DNA of 64,000 nucleotides from Candidatus Levyibacteriota bacterium (GTDB lineage Bacteria; Patescibacteriota; Microgenomatia; Levybacterales; UBA12049): the NCBI GenBank assembly GCA_027334565.1, contig DAHWUP010000001.1:94726-158725 (forward strand), read 5' to 3'. Below the pieces are notes generated by a model. It was not told the DNA's origin, did not search any database, and saw nothing but the letters and a program-made list of their open reading frames with translations. The stretch's first letter is position 1, and the number at the start of each line of letters is the position of its first letter. This document shows, piece after piece, positions 18,264 through 27,824 of the stretch. The position numbers and the translations under genes are program-made.

Positions 18264-19186
18264 AAATACAATCTACCCATTTGGGCTTTTATCTCTTTTA
18301 GCCCGTTATCAAAACTGGACATTTCGATTCCAAGTCTATTTATTCTATCATTTTTAAGATTAAGACAAAAGGGTCTTGGGGCTTTTCCGGCAAAATACTC
18401 TCGCCTGGTTGTTTTTGAAATTAAGTTCTCGTCAAGTTCGAATGCTCGCGCAATTTTCACCGCTGCTTCATATGGAGTTATGGACTGACTTCCCACAACA
18501 TGAAAAATTCCCGTTTCGTCTCTTTGTATGAGTATATCCAGCGCATTAACAAAATCATCGATAAAAGTCGGTACCATGATATGATCGGTCACCAAATTAA
18601 GTTTTTCCGCCTTCTGCAATTTTTCAATGATAACTCTGACGAAATCGTTTCTCTCAAAATAAGCTCTATATGGATAAGCCGGTCTGACAATCATGAATTT
18701 TAACCCGGAGCTTTCGACCAGCTTTTCTCCTTCATGTTTGGTTTTCGCATACCAGTTAACAGGGTCGGGAATATCGTTCTCGGTATAGTGTTTTTTGGTA
18801 CCATCAAAAACAAAATCCGTTGATATATAAATTAATTTCTTATTATTTTTTTGACAGGCCTCGACAATGTTACGTGTGCCGAAAACGTTGATAGCATAAG
18901 CCGTCTGCTCTCTAATCCAAGCGCTTTCCTTTTCTTTGTCACTATTCAAGCGTAGAATTTCAAGATCTTTTTCTTTATCCGATTCACAACCGTCAACGTT
19001 AGTTTTTGCGGCCATGTGAATAACCAAATCGGCCTTTGAGGAAGAGATCGCGTCTAGAATTTTATTTTTATCCAATATGTTAACTCCGCTTTCAAGATTT
19101 ATGAATTCGAACTGATATGCATTCCCAAGAAGTTCCGTGAACCTCGTTCCGATTAAACCTGTCAAGCCGGTCCCGATGATCCTCAT
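18260..19186 (-). CDS. rfbD: dTDP-4-dehydrorhamnose reductase
   Basis: AAKTNVDGCE, YISTDFVFDG, YAKTK, PTF, APRP. Confidence 0.88.
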   Translation of the reverse strand: MRIIGTGLTGLIGTRFTELLGNAYQFEFINLESGVNILDKNKILDAISSSKADLVIHMAAKTNVDGCESDKEKDLEILRLNSDKEKESAWIREQTAYAINVFGTRNIVEACQKNNKKLIYISTDFVFDGTKKHYTENDIPDPVNWYAKTKHEGEKLVESSGLKFMIVRPAYPYRAYFERNDFVRVIIEKLQKAEKLNLVTDHIMVPTFIDDFVNALDILIQRDETGIFHVVGSQSITPYEAAVKIARAFELDENLISKTTRREYFAGKAPRPFCLNLKNDRINRLGIEMSSFDNGLKEIKAQMGRLYL

Positions 19187-19192
19187 AATTTG

Positions 19193-20206
19193 TTATTTTA
19201 TTCCGTATTGTGTTTGATAGTAATTCTTATATTCTCCGTTTTTAACACTTTTCCACCAGTCTTGATGTTGTTTATACCAGTCTACGGTTTTTGCCAACAA
19301 CTGGTCAAAATCTCCTTGCGGTTCCCATCCCAATTCATTTTTAATTTTTGTCCAGTCAACCGCATAACGACGGTCGTGACCCGGTCTGTCTTTTACATAC
19401 TCGATTGCGCCTTCGGTTTTCCCCAACAACCCGACTATTTTTTTAATCACCTCGATATTATTGATCTCTTTGGTTAAACCTCCTATACAGTAGGTTTCAC
19501 CGATTTTCCCGTTTTGCAATATAAGATCTATCGCCCTGCAATGGTCTTCAACATACAACCAATCCCTAACATATAGTCCGTCTCCATATACGGGAACCTT
19601 TTTATCCTCAAGCAAGTTCGTAATTGCCAACGGAATAAATTTTTCAGGGAATTGATAGGGACCAAAATTATTAGAGCAATTGGAGATCGTAATCGGCAGG
19701 CCGTATGTAAAATGATACGCTCTTACCAAATGATCCGATGCGGCTTTGCTGGCAGAGTAAGGACTCCTGGGGTTGTAGTTTGTTCGCTCATTAAATTTAT
19801 TCTTTTCTCCCAGCTCAAGCTTTCCGAACACCTCATCCGTAGATATATGATGAAATCTTTTGATCTTATTTTTTAATGCGGACCGTAGTAGAATATTTGT
19901 CCCCAAAACGTTGGTCCTGATAAATTCCGAGGGCTCGAGAATCGAACGATCTACGTGACTTTCTGCTGCAAAATGAACTATCACATCAACTCCCGCCATT
20001 GTAGAATCGACTATTGAGGAATCACAAATGTCCCCCTGCACGAACCGGTAATTTGGATTTTCCTCAACATCCTTAAGGTTTTCAAGATTACCGGCATAGG
20101 TCAATTTATCCAAATTAATAACCAGATCTTTAGGATGGTTCTTTAACCAATATATAATAAAATTGGAGCCGATGAATCCGGCTCCACCGGTGACCAAAAG
20201 TTTCAT
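19193..20206 (-). CDS. rfbB: dTDP-glucose 4,6-dehydratase
   Basis: DKLTYAGN, HFAAESHVDRSI, STDEV, PYSASKA, DRPGHDRRYA. Confidence 0.97.
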   Translation of the reverse strand: MKLLVTGGAGFIGSNFIIYWLKNHPKDLVINLDKLTYAGNLENLKDVEENPNYRFVQGDICDSSIVDSTMAGVDVIVHFAAESHVDRSILEPSEFIRTNVLGTNILLRSALKNKIKRFHHISTDEVFGKLELGEKNKFNERTNYNPRSPYSASKAASDHLVRAYHFTYGLPITISNCSNNFGPYQFPEKFIPLAITNLLEDKKVPVYGDGLYVRDWLYVEDHCRAIDLILQNGKIGETYCIGGLTKEINNIEVIKKIVGLLGKTEGAIEYVKDRPGHDRRYAVDWTKIKNELGWEPQGDFDQLLAKTVDWYKQHQDWWKSVKNGEYKNYYQTQYGIK

Positions 20207-20212
20207 AAATTA

Positions 20213-20935
20213 CTATCTGTCTCTCCTAGCCCAATATTCGGAAGCGCTATAAAGGCTTTTAAAGGTTCCCGCGTCGCTCCAATAACCATCTAATTTAGCC
20301 CATCTGAGTTTTCCTTTTCTAATATATTCATTGTTTACATCCGATATTTCGAGTTCTCCTCTTTGTGACGGCTTAAGGTTTTTTATTATTTTAAAGACTT
20401 CGTTGTCGTAAAAATATAGTCCGGTTACGGCAAATTTGCTTTTCGGCTCCTTCGGTTTCTCCTCTATGGCGATTATCTTTTGCGGGTCATTCTTATTGAA
20501 TACTGCAACGCCGAAGCGTTTTGGATCTCTTACTTCTTTAATAAAGATTAATGCCCCTTCCTTAAAGCTTTTGACCGAATCGCTGATATCCGCATCCGTA
20601 GTATTATCTCCAAGGATCACCGCCAAACTATCGTTGTCGGCAAAGCTTTCGGCCAACGATAATGCATCGGCGATTCCGCCATCCGGCTTTTCCTGGTATG
20701 CGTATTCTAAATGTTTTAGTCCGAACTCTTTACCGTTTTTTAAAATACCCAGGAAATGACCGACATGCGGGCCGCTGGTAACTATCAATACCTGGTCTAT
20801 TCCTGCCTTGACCAGCGTTTCTATTGGATAAAATATCATCGGTTTGTTATAAACCGGCAATAAATGTTTGTTTGTAACATGCGTCAGAGGATAAAGTCTG
20901 GTTCCCAATCCTCCGGCTAAAATTACTCCCTTCAT
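20213..20935 (-). CDS. rfbA: Glucose-1-phosphate thymidylyltransferase (short SpsI-like form)
   Basis: LAGGLGTRLYPLT, NKHLLPVYNKPMI, EKP, RGELEISD, WSDAGT. Confidence 0.92.
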   Translation of the reverse strand: MKGVILAGGLGTRLYPLTHVTNKHLLPVYNKPMIFYPIETLVKAGIDQVLIVTSGPHVGHFLGILKNGKEFGLKHLEYAYQEKPDGGIADALSLAESFADNDSLAVILGDNTTDADISDSVKSFKEGALIFIKEVRDPKRFGVAVFNKNDPQKIIAIEEKPKEPKSKFAVTGLYFYDNEVFKIIKNLKPSQRGELEISDVNNEYIRKGKLRWAKLDGYWSDAGTFKSLYSASEYWARRDR

Positions 20936-21198
20936 GCCCCTCCTTCAATTACAAAAAATAAAATGGATAAACCCAGTAAACCGATCAGACTATATTCTAT
21001 CACAATTCTTTTAGTTAATTCATGATTGATAAAGTGATGAAAAATTCCCCAAAGAACATAAGCAATAATCGTTAAGGTGACGGTTAATTTTTGTAAATTG
21101 AGGTTCGGAGAAGTATATACCGTCAGTAAGAAACCGGTTGTAAAAATCGCCAGCAGCGACAGGTAATAACCGATATGTTTTTTAAGTTTTTTCATCAC
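20932..21198 (-). CDS. Small three-TM hypothetical protein
   Basis: 88 aa, YVLWGIFHH..IVIEY; overlaps both neighbours by 4 nt. Confidence 0.8.
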   Translation of the reverse strand: MMKKLKKHIGYYLSLLAIFTTGFLLTVYTSPNLNLQKLTVTLTIIAYVLWGIFHHFINHELTKRIVIEYSLIGLLGLSILFFVIEGGA

Positions 21199-22136
21199 AA
21201 TATCGCTCCCCTCGCCAATATCAAAATTATCAAAAGTAGAAGCGAAAAGAATATCACGTGATCCAAATTATGACCGACGAAACGAATAATTTTCCTCCTC
21301 TCAATCACAATCATATCCAAAATCAATACAAATATAAACAATCCGATTATCATCCTCGCTGACAGAACGGAAAAGGTTGCGCCGTTAACCAAGGGCTGTT
21401 TTAATCCTGTGCCTGCGTTGACCGCCAATTTTTGATTTGAGCCGATCTTTTGAACGGCAAGTGTTTGTGAAGCTGTGCTATTAATCGCCTCGCCGACCGT
21501 AGGCGTAGGTAGCGCTTGGGCAACCTGGACCGGCTGCGCTGTTTCCTGTTGCGGGCTAACCGTCTTCGTGGCAAAAGTCGTACTGCCAAACATTTCTACT
21601 ATTAATACCGTATTCTCACCGGTAAGATTTCCTGTTTCTACCGCAAAACCGACATCGTTATATTTAGGTGATAACATATTTTCTCTGTGTGAAGGACTTG
21701 CCATCCAGGCGTTTACCACGGCATCGGGTGTAGTATAACCTCTTGCGAGATTTTCTCCGGCATAAATATAGTTATAACCTGCACCTTTGATAAAATCCCA
21801 AGGCGTTGTTCCGTCGGGCGCAATATGTGCCCAATAATCCTTTGCGAACATATCCGCAGCCTTACCGGCCGCAGCTTGCGAAAGTTCGCTGTTTAAACTA
21901 AGCGGCGGCACTCCTGCCGCCTGTCTATCTTGATTGGTTAGGCTCAAAAGTGCTTCTTGGGAAATATTTGAATAGGTACCTAAAACGGAAGGATAATTGG
22001 TTCTCAGAAATGACATTAAAAGCCCTGCCGAAAAGAAAAATAGGGTAAGCGCTAAAAGGATCTTGTGATGAAGGAGTCTTGCTCTATAGTTATTGCTCTC
22101 ACGCGGCAAAAGCAGGTGCTTGAGAAATCTTGTCAT
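21195..22136 (-). CDS. CAP/SCP domain membrane protein
   Basis: KAADMFAKDYWAH, YAGENLA, WMASPSHRENML; TM helices at both ends. Confidence 0.9.
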   Translation of the reverse strand: MTRFLKHLLLPRESNNYRARLLHHKILLALTLFFFSAGLLMSFLRTNYPSVLGTYSNISQEALLSLTNQDRQAAGVPPLSLNSELSQAAAGKAADMFAKDYWAHIAPDGTTPWDFIKGAGYNYIYAGENLARGYTTPDAVVNAWMASPSHRENMLSPKYNDVGFAVETGNLTGENTVLIVEMFGSTTFATKTVSPQQETAQPVQVAQALPTPTVGEAINSTASQTLAVQKIGSNQKLAVNAGTGLKQPLVNGATFSVLSARMIIGLFIFVLILDMIVIERRKIIRFVGHNLDHVIFFSLLLLIILILARGAIL

Positions 22137-22142
22137 ATCTTT

Positions 22143-22460
22143 TTAATTATATACTGGAGCGGCCAAATCTCCAATCTTCCTGCCATTTACCGGAATTTTA
22201 AGTAAATATCCCAAGGCATTAGCAATCGAAATACCCACCCTAAGTCCCGTAAAAGAACCCGGTCCCTCAAAAACTAAGATTTCGCCAAGTGCATCAGGCG
22301 ATAAATTGTGTTTTCTAAGTAGCTTATCTACAAGCGGTAAAACCGCTTCCGATTTTAATAGTTTGGAATCGGAAGTAATTCTTTCCGACTTTTTACCGCT
22401 TAATTTGATCTCGACGTAAATTTTTTTATTGTTGGAAGTATCGATTTTTAAAAAATTCAT
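22143..22460 (-). CDS. tsaB: Miniature TsaB (N-terminal half only)
   Basis: IDTS, GPGSFTGLRVGISIANAL; 105 aa. Confidence 0.85.
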   Translation of the reverse strand: MNFLKIDTSNNKKIYVEIKLSGKKSERITSDSKLLKSEAVLPLVDKLLRKHNLSPDALGEILVFEGPGSFTGLRVGISIANALGYLLKIPVNGRKIGDLAAPVYN

Positions 22461-23044
22461 GTATCCATTGTAATACTAACGGCACCCTGACGCAAAATTT
22501 TCCAAGGTTTGACAGTTGTGTCGACCACCGTTGATACCCCCTTTAGATTACACTTACCGGGCAAAACATAATCTACTAATTTTGTTAATTTCGGATTCAA
22601 ATCATTAAAGTCAAACGGAGTGTCTTCCCCGTGAAAGTTGGCCGACGGACCCAAAAGTCCGACTCCCAAACTACGAATAAGCGCCAGGGTAATCATATGA
22701 TTTGGCATTCGAAGACCGATAGTTTCCCCTCCTCCTCTAACCAATCGGGGAATCTTATTTTTTTTGCACTTCACCACTACGGTTAATGCGCCCGGCCAAT
22801 ACGGACCGATAAGCTTATCCTCCACTTCATGCGGAATATCAAAGGCATAACTTTTTGCCATACTTACCCCGTTAACCAAAAGAGGAACAGCTTGATCATG
22901 CGGCCTCTTGCGTATACCGAAAAGTCTCTCTATCGCTTTTTTGTCATCGACCCTGCAACCGATACCGAAAGCGGTGTCGGTGGGAAATATGATTATCCCG
23001 CCACGGTTTAAAACTTCGATTGCTCTGTTAAGATCATTGCTCAT
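22457..23044 (-). CDS. tsaC: Threonylcarbamoyl-AMP synthase
   Basis: FPTDTAFG, WPGALT, RMPNH, PSAN, STVVD, LRQGA. Confidence 0.93.
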   Translation of the reverse strand: MSNDLNRAIEVLNRGGIIIFPTDTAFGIGCRVDDKKAIERLFGIRKRPHDQAVPLLVNGVSMAKSYAFDIPHEVEDKLIGPYWPGALTVVVKCKKNKIPRLVRGGGETIGLRMPNHMITLALIRSLGVGLLGPSANFHGEDTPFDFNDLNPKLTKLVDYVLPGKCNLKGVSTVVDTTVKPWKILRQGAVSITMDT

Positions 23045-23468
23045 AGCGCACGACCGTGATTCTTCTTTTATCGTTTTTCAAATCTTCGATATGAACCTCA
23101 ATTCTTCTTGCGGGAAGCATAGTTCCCATCTTCTCCGCCCACTCCAGCGCAACGATAGAATTTTTATCATTTATGAGCTGGTCTATCCCTGTTCCCAAAA
23201 GATCTGCGTTATTTTGAATCCTATAAAGATCTACATGGTAAAAACTACCATCGTCTAAAGCATAGCTTCTGACAATTATAAACGTCGGGGACATTATTCT
23301 TCTTTTTATACCTAAACCCTTGGCCAATCCTTGAATAAAAGAAGTTTTACCGCTTCCGAGCTCTCCGTAAAAAGCCAGCACATCGCCGGGGTTGATTTGT
23401 GAAGCGAACTTTTCGGCAAGTTCTTGGGTTTTTGATACGCTATTGGTCAGATATATTACTGTCTCCAT
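23034..23468 (-). CDS. tsaE: t6A ATPase TsaE
   Basis: GELGSGKT, SPTF, HVDLYR, EWAE. Confidence 0.95.
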   Translation of the reverse strand: METVIYLTNSVSKTQELAEKFASQINPGDVLAFYGELGSGKTSFIQGLAKGLGIKRRIMSPTFIIVRSYALDDGSFYHVDLYRIQNNADLLGTGIDQLINDKNSIVALEWAEKMGTMLPARRIEVHIEDLKNDKRRITVVRYEQ

Positions 23469-24300
23469 TTTTCCTCGCCTTAAGATAATTATCTATCTTG
23501 GGATAAAAAATTACTATAGCACACAGTGACATAAATATTATCCCCAAAAAAATCAGAATTTTCGAAATAGCTTGTTTATCCGCTGCGGAAAATAATTGTA
23601 GGCTGTTTCCGGGGGAACCCGTGTCGGACGGGATAGAAAACAAACTATTGGTATTCTGACTTAAAACCTGTTGTTGCGCGGGGTTTATGACCGCTGAGGT
23701 CGTTGCGTATGGAGTGGGGGTTATGGTCGATTTGGGAGTCGGCGTAACCGTTAGCGTGGGAATAGGCGTAAGGGTCGGGGTCGAAGTAGGAGCGGGCGTC
23801 GGTGTCGGGGTGGGCGTAGACGTAGGAGTCGGAGAAGGTGCGGTCAGTGAAACATTAACAACATTTGACCAAGTGGCACTTGAACCGTTTTCGGTATATC
23901 TTCCCAATTCGAGGTCATATGTACCGGATCCGGTATTGTTAAAATTTGGATCGTCGTTTGCCACCATTCCCTGAACATTACCATACCAGGAGCCATCCGA
24001 AAAAGTGGTTATCGTCAAAAACTTCGTATAATCAATCGGCGAAGGCGTTCCATTGTACCATTCGGAACCATTATAGGTAGAACCGAAATAATTTGTCGTT
24101 CCCGTTTGCGCCAGGACAATTCTTAACCTATAAATAGTATTTGAAGACAAACCGCTCATGGTTGCAGAAATTGTAAAACTTTGATCAATGTTTATGGATG
24201 AAGGATAAGTAGTAATTGTCGGGGCGGAAGCGATGGCAACCTGATCGGAAAAGAGTAACCAAAATAAAAAAACGAATGCAAAAATTTTAACTGATTTCAT
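23440..24300 (-). CDS. Surface protein: signal peptide, beta-rich domain, Pro/Thr linker, C-terminal TM anchor
   Basis: Hydrophobic N-terminus, PT repeats, C-terminal ILIFLGIIFMSLCAIVIF. Confidence 0.8.
   Translation of the reverse strand: MKSVKIFAFVFLFWLLFSDQVAIASAPTITTYPSSINIDQSFTISATMSGLSSNTIYRLRIVLAQTGTTNYFGSTYNGSEWYNGTPSPIDYTKFLTITTFSDGSWYGNVQGMVANDDPNFNNTGSGTYDLELGRYTENGSSATWSNVVNVSLTAPSPTPTSTPTPTPTPAPTSTPTLTPIPTLTVTPTPKSTITPTPYATTSAVINPAQQQVLSQNTNSLFSIPSDTGSPGNSLQLFSAADKQAISKILIFLGIIFMSLCAIVIFYPKIDNYLKARKNGDSNISDQ
23710..23841 (-). repeat. Pro/Thr (PT)n coding low-complexity linker
   Basis: APSPTPTSTPTPTPTPAPTSTPTLTPIPTLTVTPTPKSTITPTP. Confidence 0.85.
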
Positions 24301-24328
24301 TAATTTTGATAAAATTTCCTACATTCTA

Positions 24329-25564
24329 TCAAAATCCATTAATCTTATAAATCGCGAATATGCTGCTTAGCGAATATTTGCTGGTAAACGGAATCCTGTG
24401 CCCGTTGGGCGTGAACGGGTCGTTCATCAAATAATTACCTCCGTTATAATCGGTAAGAACTACGAAATGCGTATCGCCGTTTGAATACTGGATCCCTGCC
24501 ACCACCGGTCTTCCGTTTTGAAGTTCACTGTCGATTACCGATTCCACTCTGGTTGATGTTACACCGTCTGCCGTGATAGTAAAGTTTAAATAAGCCGGGT
24601 AATATGATGCAAAATTAGAAGGATTGGAATTGATCGTTTGTGGGGTGACATCTCTGTGTCCGTAATGAGTATATACCATTGCCATTGATGTGACCAGACA
24701 ACCGTCACTGGCCAGAGTATATTCGGTACCGTTTAATGAGTTTCCTCCCCACTGACTGTCCCTTTGGTTATAATAACATCCCCAATCGTCACATACCGTT
24801 TGATTACCCAGCAGCGAAGCTCCTCCCTGGCTTTGGGCAAATCCCGAAAATCCTGCCAATTGAGCTTTCGCCTGTGCAAGCAGCTGCTGGTAGGTAGCTT
24901 CGCTACCCTGCGTTTGGGTCAGGAGGTCCTGTTCTGCCTGTTTCTCCTGATTGAGTTGATTTGTCTGCTGCTGTAGCTGCGTTTGCAAAACCATCAGTTG
25001 TTTTTTTTCATTCTCGAAAATATTTTTCTGGTTTGAATAATCAACTTTTGCCTGCTGGGTATCATAAATTAATTGCCTGTCATGTGCTTGCGCAAGCTTT
25101 AAATAGTTTAGCCGTTGCAAGAAATCCGAAGCGCTGCCCGACGTTAACAGAATCTCCAGCGGCTGAATCGTTCCCACTTCATAAGTAGCCACAATTCTGT
25201 TCAGCAAAACTTCGATCGAACTACTTAGGGCATTTTGCAGACTGGTGATTTTTTTGGAGGCGGTGTCAATGTCCAAAGTGATACTGGTAATTTGTTCTTC
25301 CGTAGCTTGAATCCTTGCCTCCGTTAACTGGATCTGGGTATCCATTAGCTGAATCTGGGACGAAAGGGTTTTTTCCTGACCTTGCAAATCCGCAATTTTT
25401 TGTTCGTACTGTTGTATCTGCTGCTCAAGCGAGGAGATATCGGGGGTCGGGGTCGGAGAAGTATCCGAATACACGCTTTTAATAAAAGGCGCAAGCAAAA
25501 ACAATATCAATAAAAATGGCAGAAAAAGGAATTTTCTTAGACTTAATTTCATAATCCATAACAC
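24329..25564 (-). CDS. CwlO/PcsB-type coiled coil plus C39-like peptidase domain; putative FtsEX-activated wall hydrolase (true start may be ATG 25552)
   Basis: Long Gln-rich coiled coil with LEILLTSGSASDFLQRLNYL; YYNQRDSQWG, GCLVTSMAM, HFVVL, NDP. Confidence 0.8.
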   Translation of the reverse strand: MLWIMKLSLRKFLFLPFLLILFLLAPFIKSVYSDTSPTPTPDISSLEQQIQQYEQKIADLQGQEKTLSSQIQLMDTQIQLTEARIQATEEQITSITLDIDTASKKITSLQNALSSSIEVLLNRIVATYEVGTIQPLEILLTSGSASDFLQRLNYLKLAQAHDRQLIYDTQQAKVDYSNQKNIFENEKKQLMVLQTQLQQQTNQLNQEKQAEQDLLTQTQGSEATYQQLLAQAKAQLAGFSGFAQSQGGASLLGNQTVCDDWGCYYNQRDSQWGGNSLNGTEYTLASDGCLVTSMAMVYTHYGHRDVTPQTINSNPSNFASYYPAYLNFTITADGVTSTRVESVIDSELQNGRPVVAGIQYSNGDTHFVVLTDYNGGNYLMNDPFTPNGHRIPFTSKYSLSSIFAIYKINGF

Positions 25565-25586
25565 AAGTTAATAAATGCCGATATTT

Positions 25587-26453
25587 TTATTTTAAATATC
25601 GTAAAACCGCGATAAAACTGGAGATTATCCCCAAAATTATCGCCAGTAAGACCTCGGTTCCCAAAAGCAATAGAAGACCTTCCGTGGAAGCGGGAAGAAC
25701 CGGTATTCCTTTCAGAAAAGATTCCAAGAAAGGTGTTGCCCACAACAAACTCGAGGTTGCTATTAACCAACCGATAGCGGCTCCGACCAAACCGTAAAAT
25801 ACGCCTTCGGTGATAAAAGGAAGCCTGATATACCATGCGGTAGCACCGATAAGCCTCATTATTTCAATATCTTCCTTCTTTTGTGATATTTTCATTCCGA
25901 TAATAGTGGCCATGATAAAAATCGATACCAAGGATAGTAACGCGATCAATCCTAAACCGATTTGTCTTATCGCATCTGTCCAGGCGGTTAGGGTTGAAAC
26001 GACGTCTTGCTGATAAATAACATCCGATACAATAGCACTCTTTTTAAGCATATCCGATATCGAACCCAGATCCTCAAGTCTTACGGTCGATATTTCAAAT
26101 GAAGCAGGCAAGACATCCGCGGTGACCAGATCCAGAAGCAATGGGTCATTTTTGTTTTGTTGGCGATAAATATTTAAAGCATCGTCTTTTGATACGAACT
26201 TGATCGACGAAATTTTACCGGTATTCATCAGTTGGCTTTTCAGAGCGGTTATATCGCTTTGTTTTGCATCATCCTTGAAAAAAGCGGTGACCTGGGGTTT
26301 GGATTCGAAATAATTTATTACCTGCGAAGATCCGACCACTAAAAACGCAAAAAATGAAATTACCAAAAACGTTAAGGTCATGATCAGAATTGCCGCCAAA
26401 GCCTGATATGGCGATCTTCTTACATTCCTGGTCGTAGTTTTTAGAAATTTCAT
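25587..26453 (-). CDS. ftsX: Cell division permease FtsX
   Basis: FVSKDDAL, LPASFEI, IEIMRLIGATAWYIRLPFITEG. Confidence 0.93.
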   Translation of the reverse strand: MKFLKTTTRNVRRSPYQALAAILIMTLTFLVISFFAFLVVGSSQVINYFESKPQVTAFFKDDAKQSDITALKSQLMNTGKISSIKFVSKDDALNIYRQQNKNDPLLLDLVTADVLPASFEISTVRLEDLGSISDMLKKSAIVSDVIYQQDVVSTLTAWTDAIRQIGLGLIALLSLVSIFIMATIIGMKISQKKEDIEIMRLIGATAWYIRLPFITEGVFYGLVGAAIGWLIATSSLLWATPFLESFLKGIPVLPASTEGLLLLLGTEVLLAIILGIISSFIAVLRYLK

Positions 26454-27223
26454 TTTTTTTGCTCCTCTTCTTTATGCTTATTTAAATTCTTATCCTGTTC
26501 CTGTGGTTTTGTTTCCGGAGATTGTCCTTGATGTGAAGCATTCTGTTGTCCTTCTTCTTTTGGTTTTTCGTCCTTTATGATTTTACCCTTTTCAATCCGT
26601 ATCACTCTTTTTCCCATATTTTTGACGATTTCCGTATTATGAGTCGCCATGATTACGGTTGTTCCGTGGCTATTGATATCCGATAGCAATTTAACGATCT
26701 CCCAGGATGTTTTATCATCAAGATTTCCGGTCGGCTCATCGGCAAGTATGATTTCGGGATTCAAAGCCAGAGCTCTTGCGATCGCGACTCGCTGCAATTC
26801 CCCGCCCGAAAGCTGCAAAGGAAACTTCTCTTTATGTTCTGTCAGTCCCACCCGAGACAATATATCGTTGGTTGTGTTTACCGCTTCTTGATCTTTTATA
26901 CCGGCCACATCCAACGGAAGGTAAACGTTTTCAAAAACCGTACGGTCTATAAGTAGTTTAAGGTCCTGGAAAATTACTCCGATTTTTTTTCTTAAAGCTG
27001 AGAGCTTATTTTTAGGAAGCTTGCTGATCTCCAGATTATTCACTACGATATCTCCTGTCGTAGGCGATAAATCTTTAATTATGAGTCTGAAAATCGTGGT
27101 TTTACCCGAACCTGTGGGTCCCACCAAAAATACAAATTCGCCTCGTTTAATAACCAATGATACGTCTGACAGGGCGAATGTTCCCGTTCCGAATTTTTTA
27201 GAAACATTGTTCAAGAGTATCAT
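26450..27223 (-). CDS. ftsE: Cell division ATPase FtsE
   Basis: GPTGSGKT, IFQDLKLL, LSGGELQR, ADEPTGNLD; adjacent to ftsX. Confidence 0.93.
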   Translation of the reverse strand: MILLNNVSKKFGTGTFALSDVSLVIKRGEFVFLVGPTGSGKTTIFRLIIKDLSPTTGDIVVNNLEISKLPKNKLSALRKKIGVIFQDLKLLIDRTVFENVYLPLDVAGIKDQEAVNTTNDILSRVGLTEHKEKFPLQLSGGELQRVAIARALALNPEIILADEPTGNLDDKTSWEIVKLLSDINSHGTTVIMATHNTEIVKNMGKRVIRIEKGKIIKDEKPKEEGQQNASHQGQSPETKPQEQDKNLNKHKEEEQKK

Positions 27224-27729
27224 TACTCAATTTCAATCCTTCCGACATCCATTAACCAACCTGCGACTTGAGCTTTTTGGGTTTGTCCCCATACTTTAAT
27301 CTTTTGTCCCACATATTTAGACAGATCCACAATCGATGAGGTAAGATAAACATTTTGGCTGTCTCCGCCGGGGCGGACAAGATGGAATGCGCCCTCCCCG
27401 TCTATTCCGCCTTCTTTCAAAACCCCTTCGGCGGTATCTTTAAACGTCTGTGTATCGTTAGAACCGATGATAGTACCTTTTGGTGTCGACGAACCGCTTA
27501 AGATCGATCCCAATCCGGAAGTTGAAGTATTGGATGACGACTTGCCGGATACCATAAAGCCCGAAATTATACCGACAATTATTACCAATGCCAGTATTAC
27601 CAATACTTTGGGGGTAAAAGCATTCTTTAGATTTTGCGAATTGAAATTACCGAAATCGTGTATCAAAGGTTGCTCTTTTGTTTCCTGTTTCACATCAGCC
27701 AGTTTTTCTACATCTTTCTTCTTTTCCAC
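27223..27729 (-). CDS. Single-TM protein with a C-terminal OB-fold-like domain
   Basis: GTG start with SD GGAGGTGA; beta-rich tail DLSKYVGQKIKVWG; stop overlaps the ftsE ATG. Confidence 0.75.
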   Translation of the reverse strand: MEKKKDVEKLADVKQETKEQPLIHDFGNFNSQNLKNAFTPKVLVILALVIIVGIISGFMVSGKSSSNTSTSGLGSILSGSSTPKGTIIGSNDTQTFKDTAEGVLKEGGIDGEGAFHLVRPGGDSQNVYLTSSIVDLSKYVGQKIKVWGQTQKAQVAGWLMDVGRIEIE

Positions 27730-27824
27730 TTAAACCAATCACCTCCCATAACAATAAGTAAACCATATTTTAGAGGTTTTGGCAACCCTCTTACGCCTCC
27801 GTAAATAGCGCCGGATAATATCTT

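Noticed and set aside
23710-23841. Repetitive DNA as a possible CRISPR or VNTR
   Set aside because: Degenerate codons of a Pro/Thr linker; no identical repeats with spacers and no cas genes
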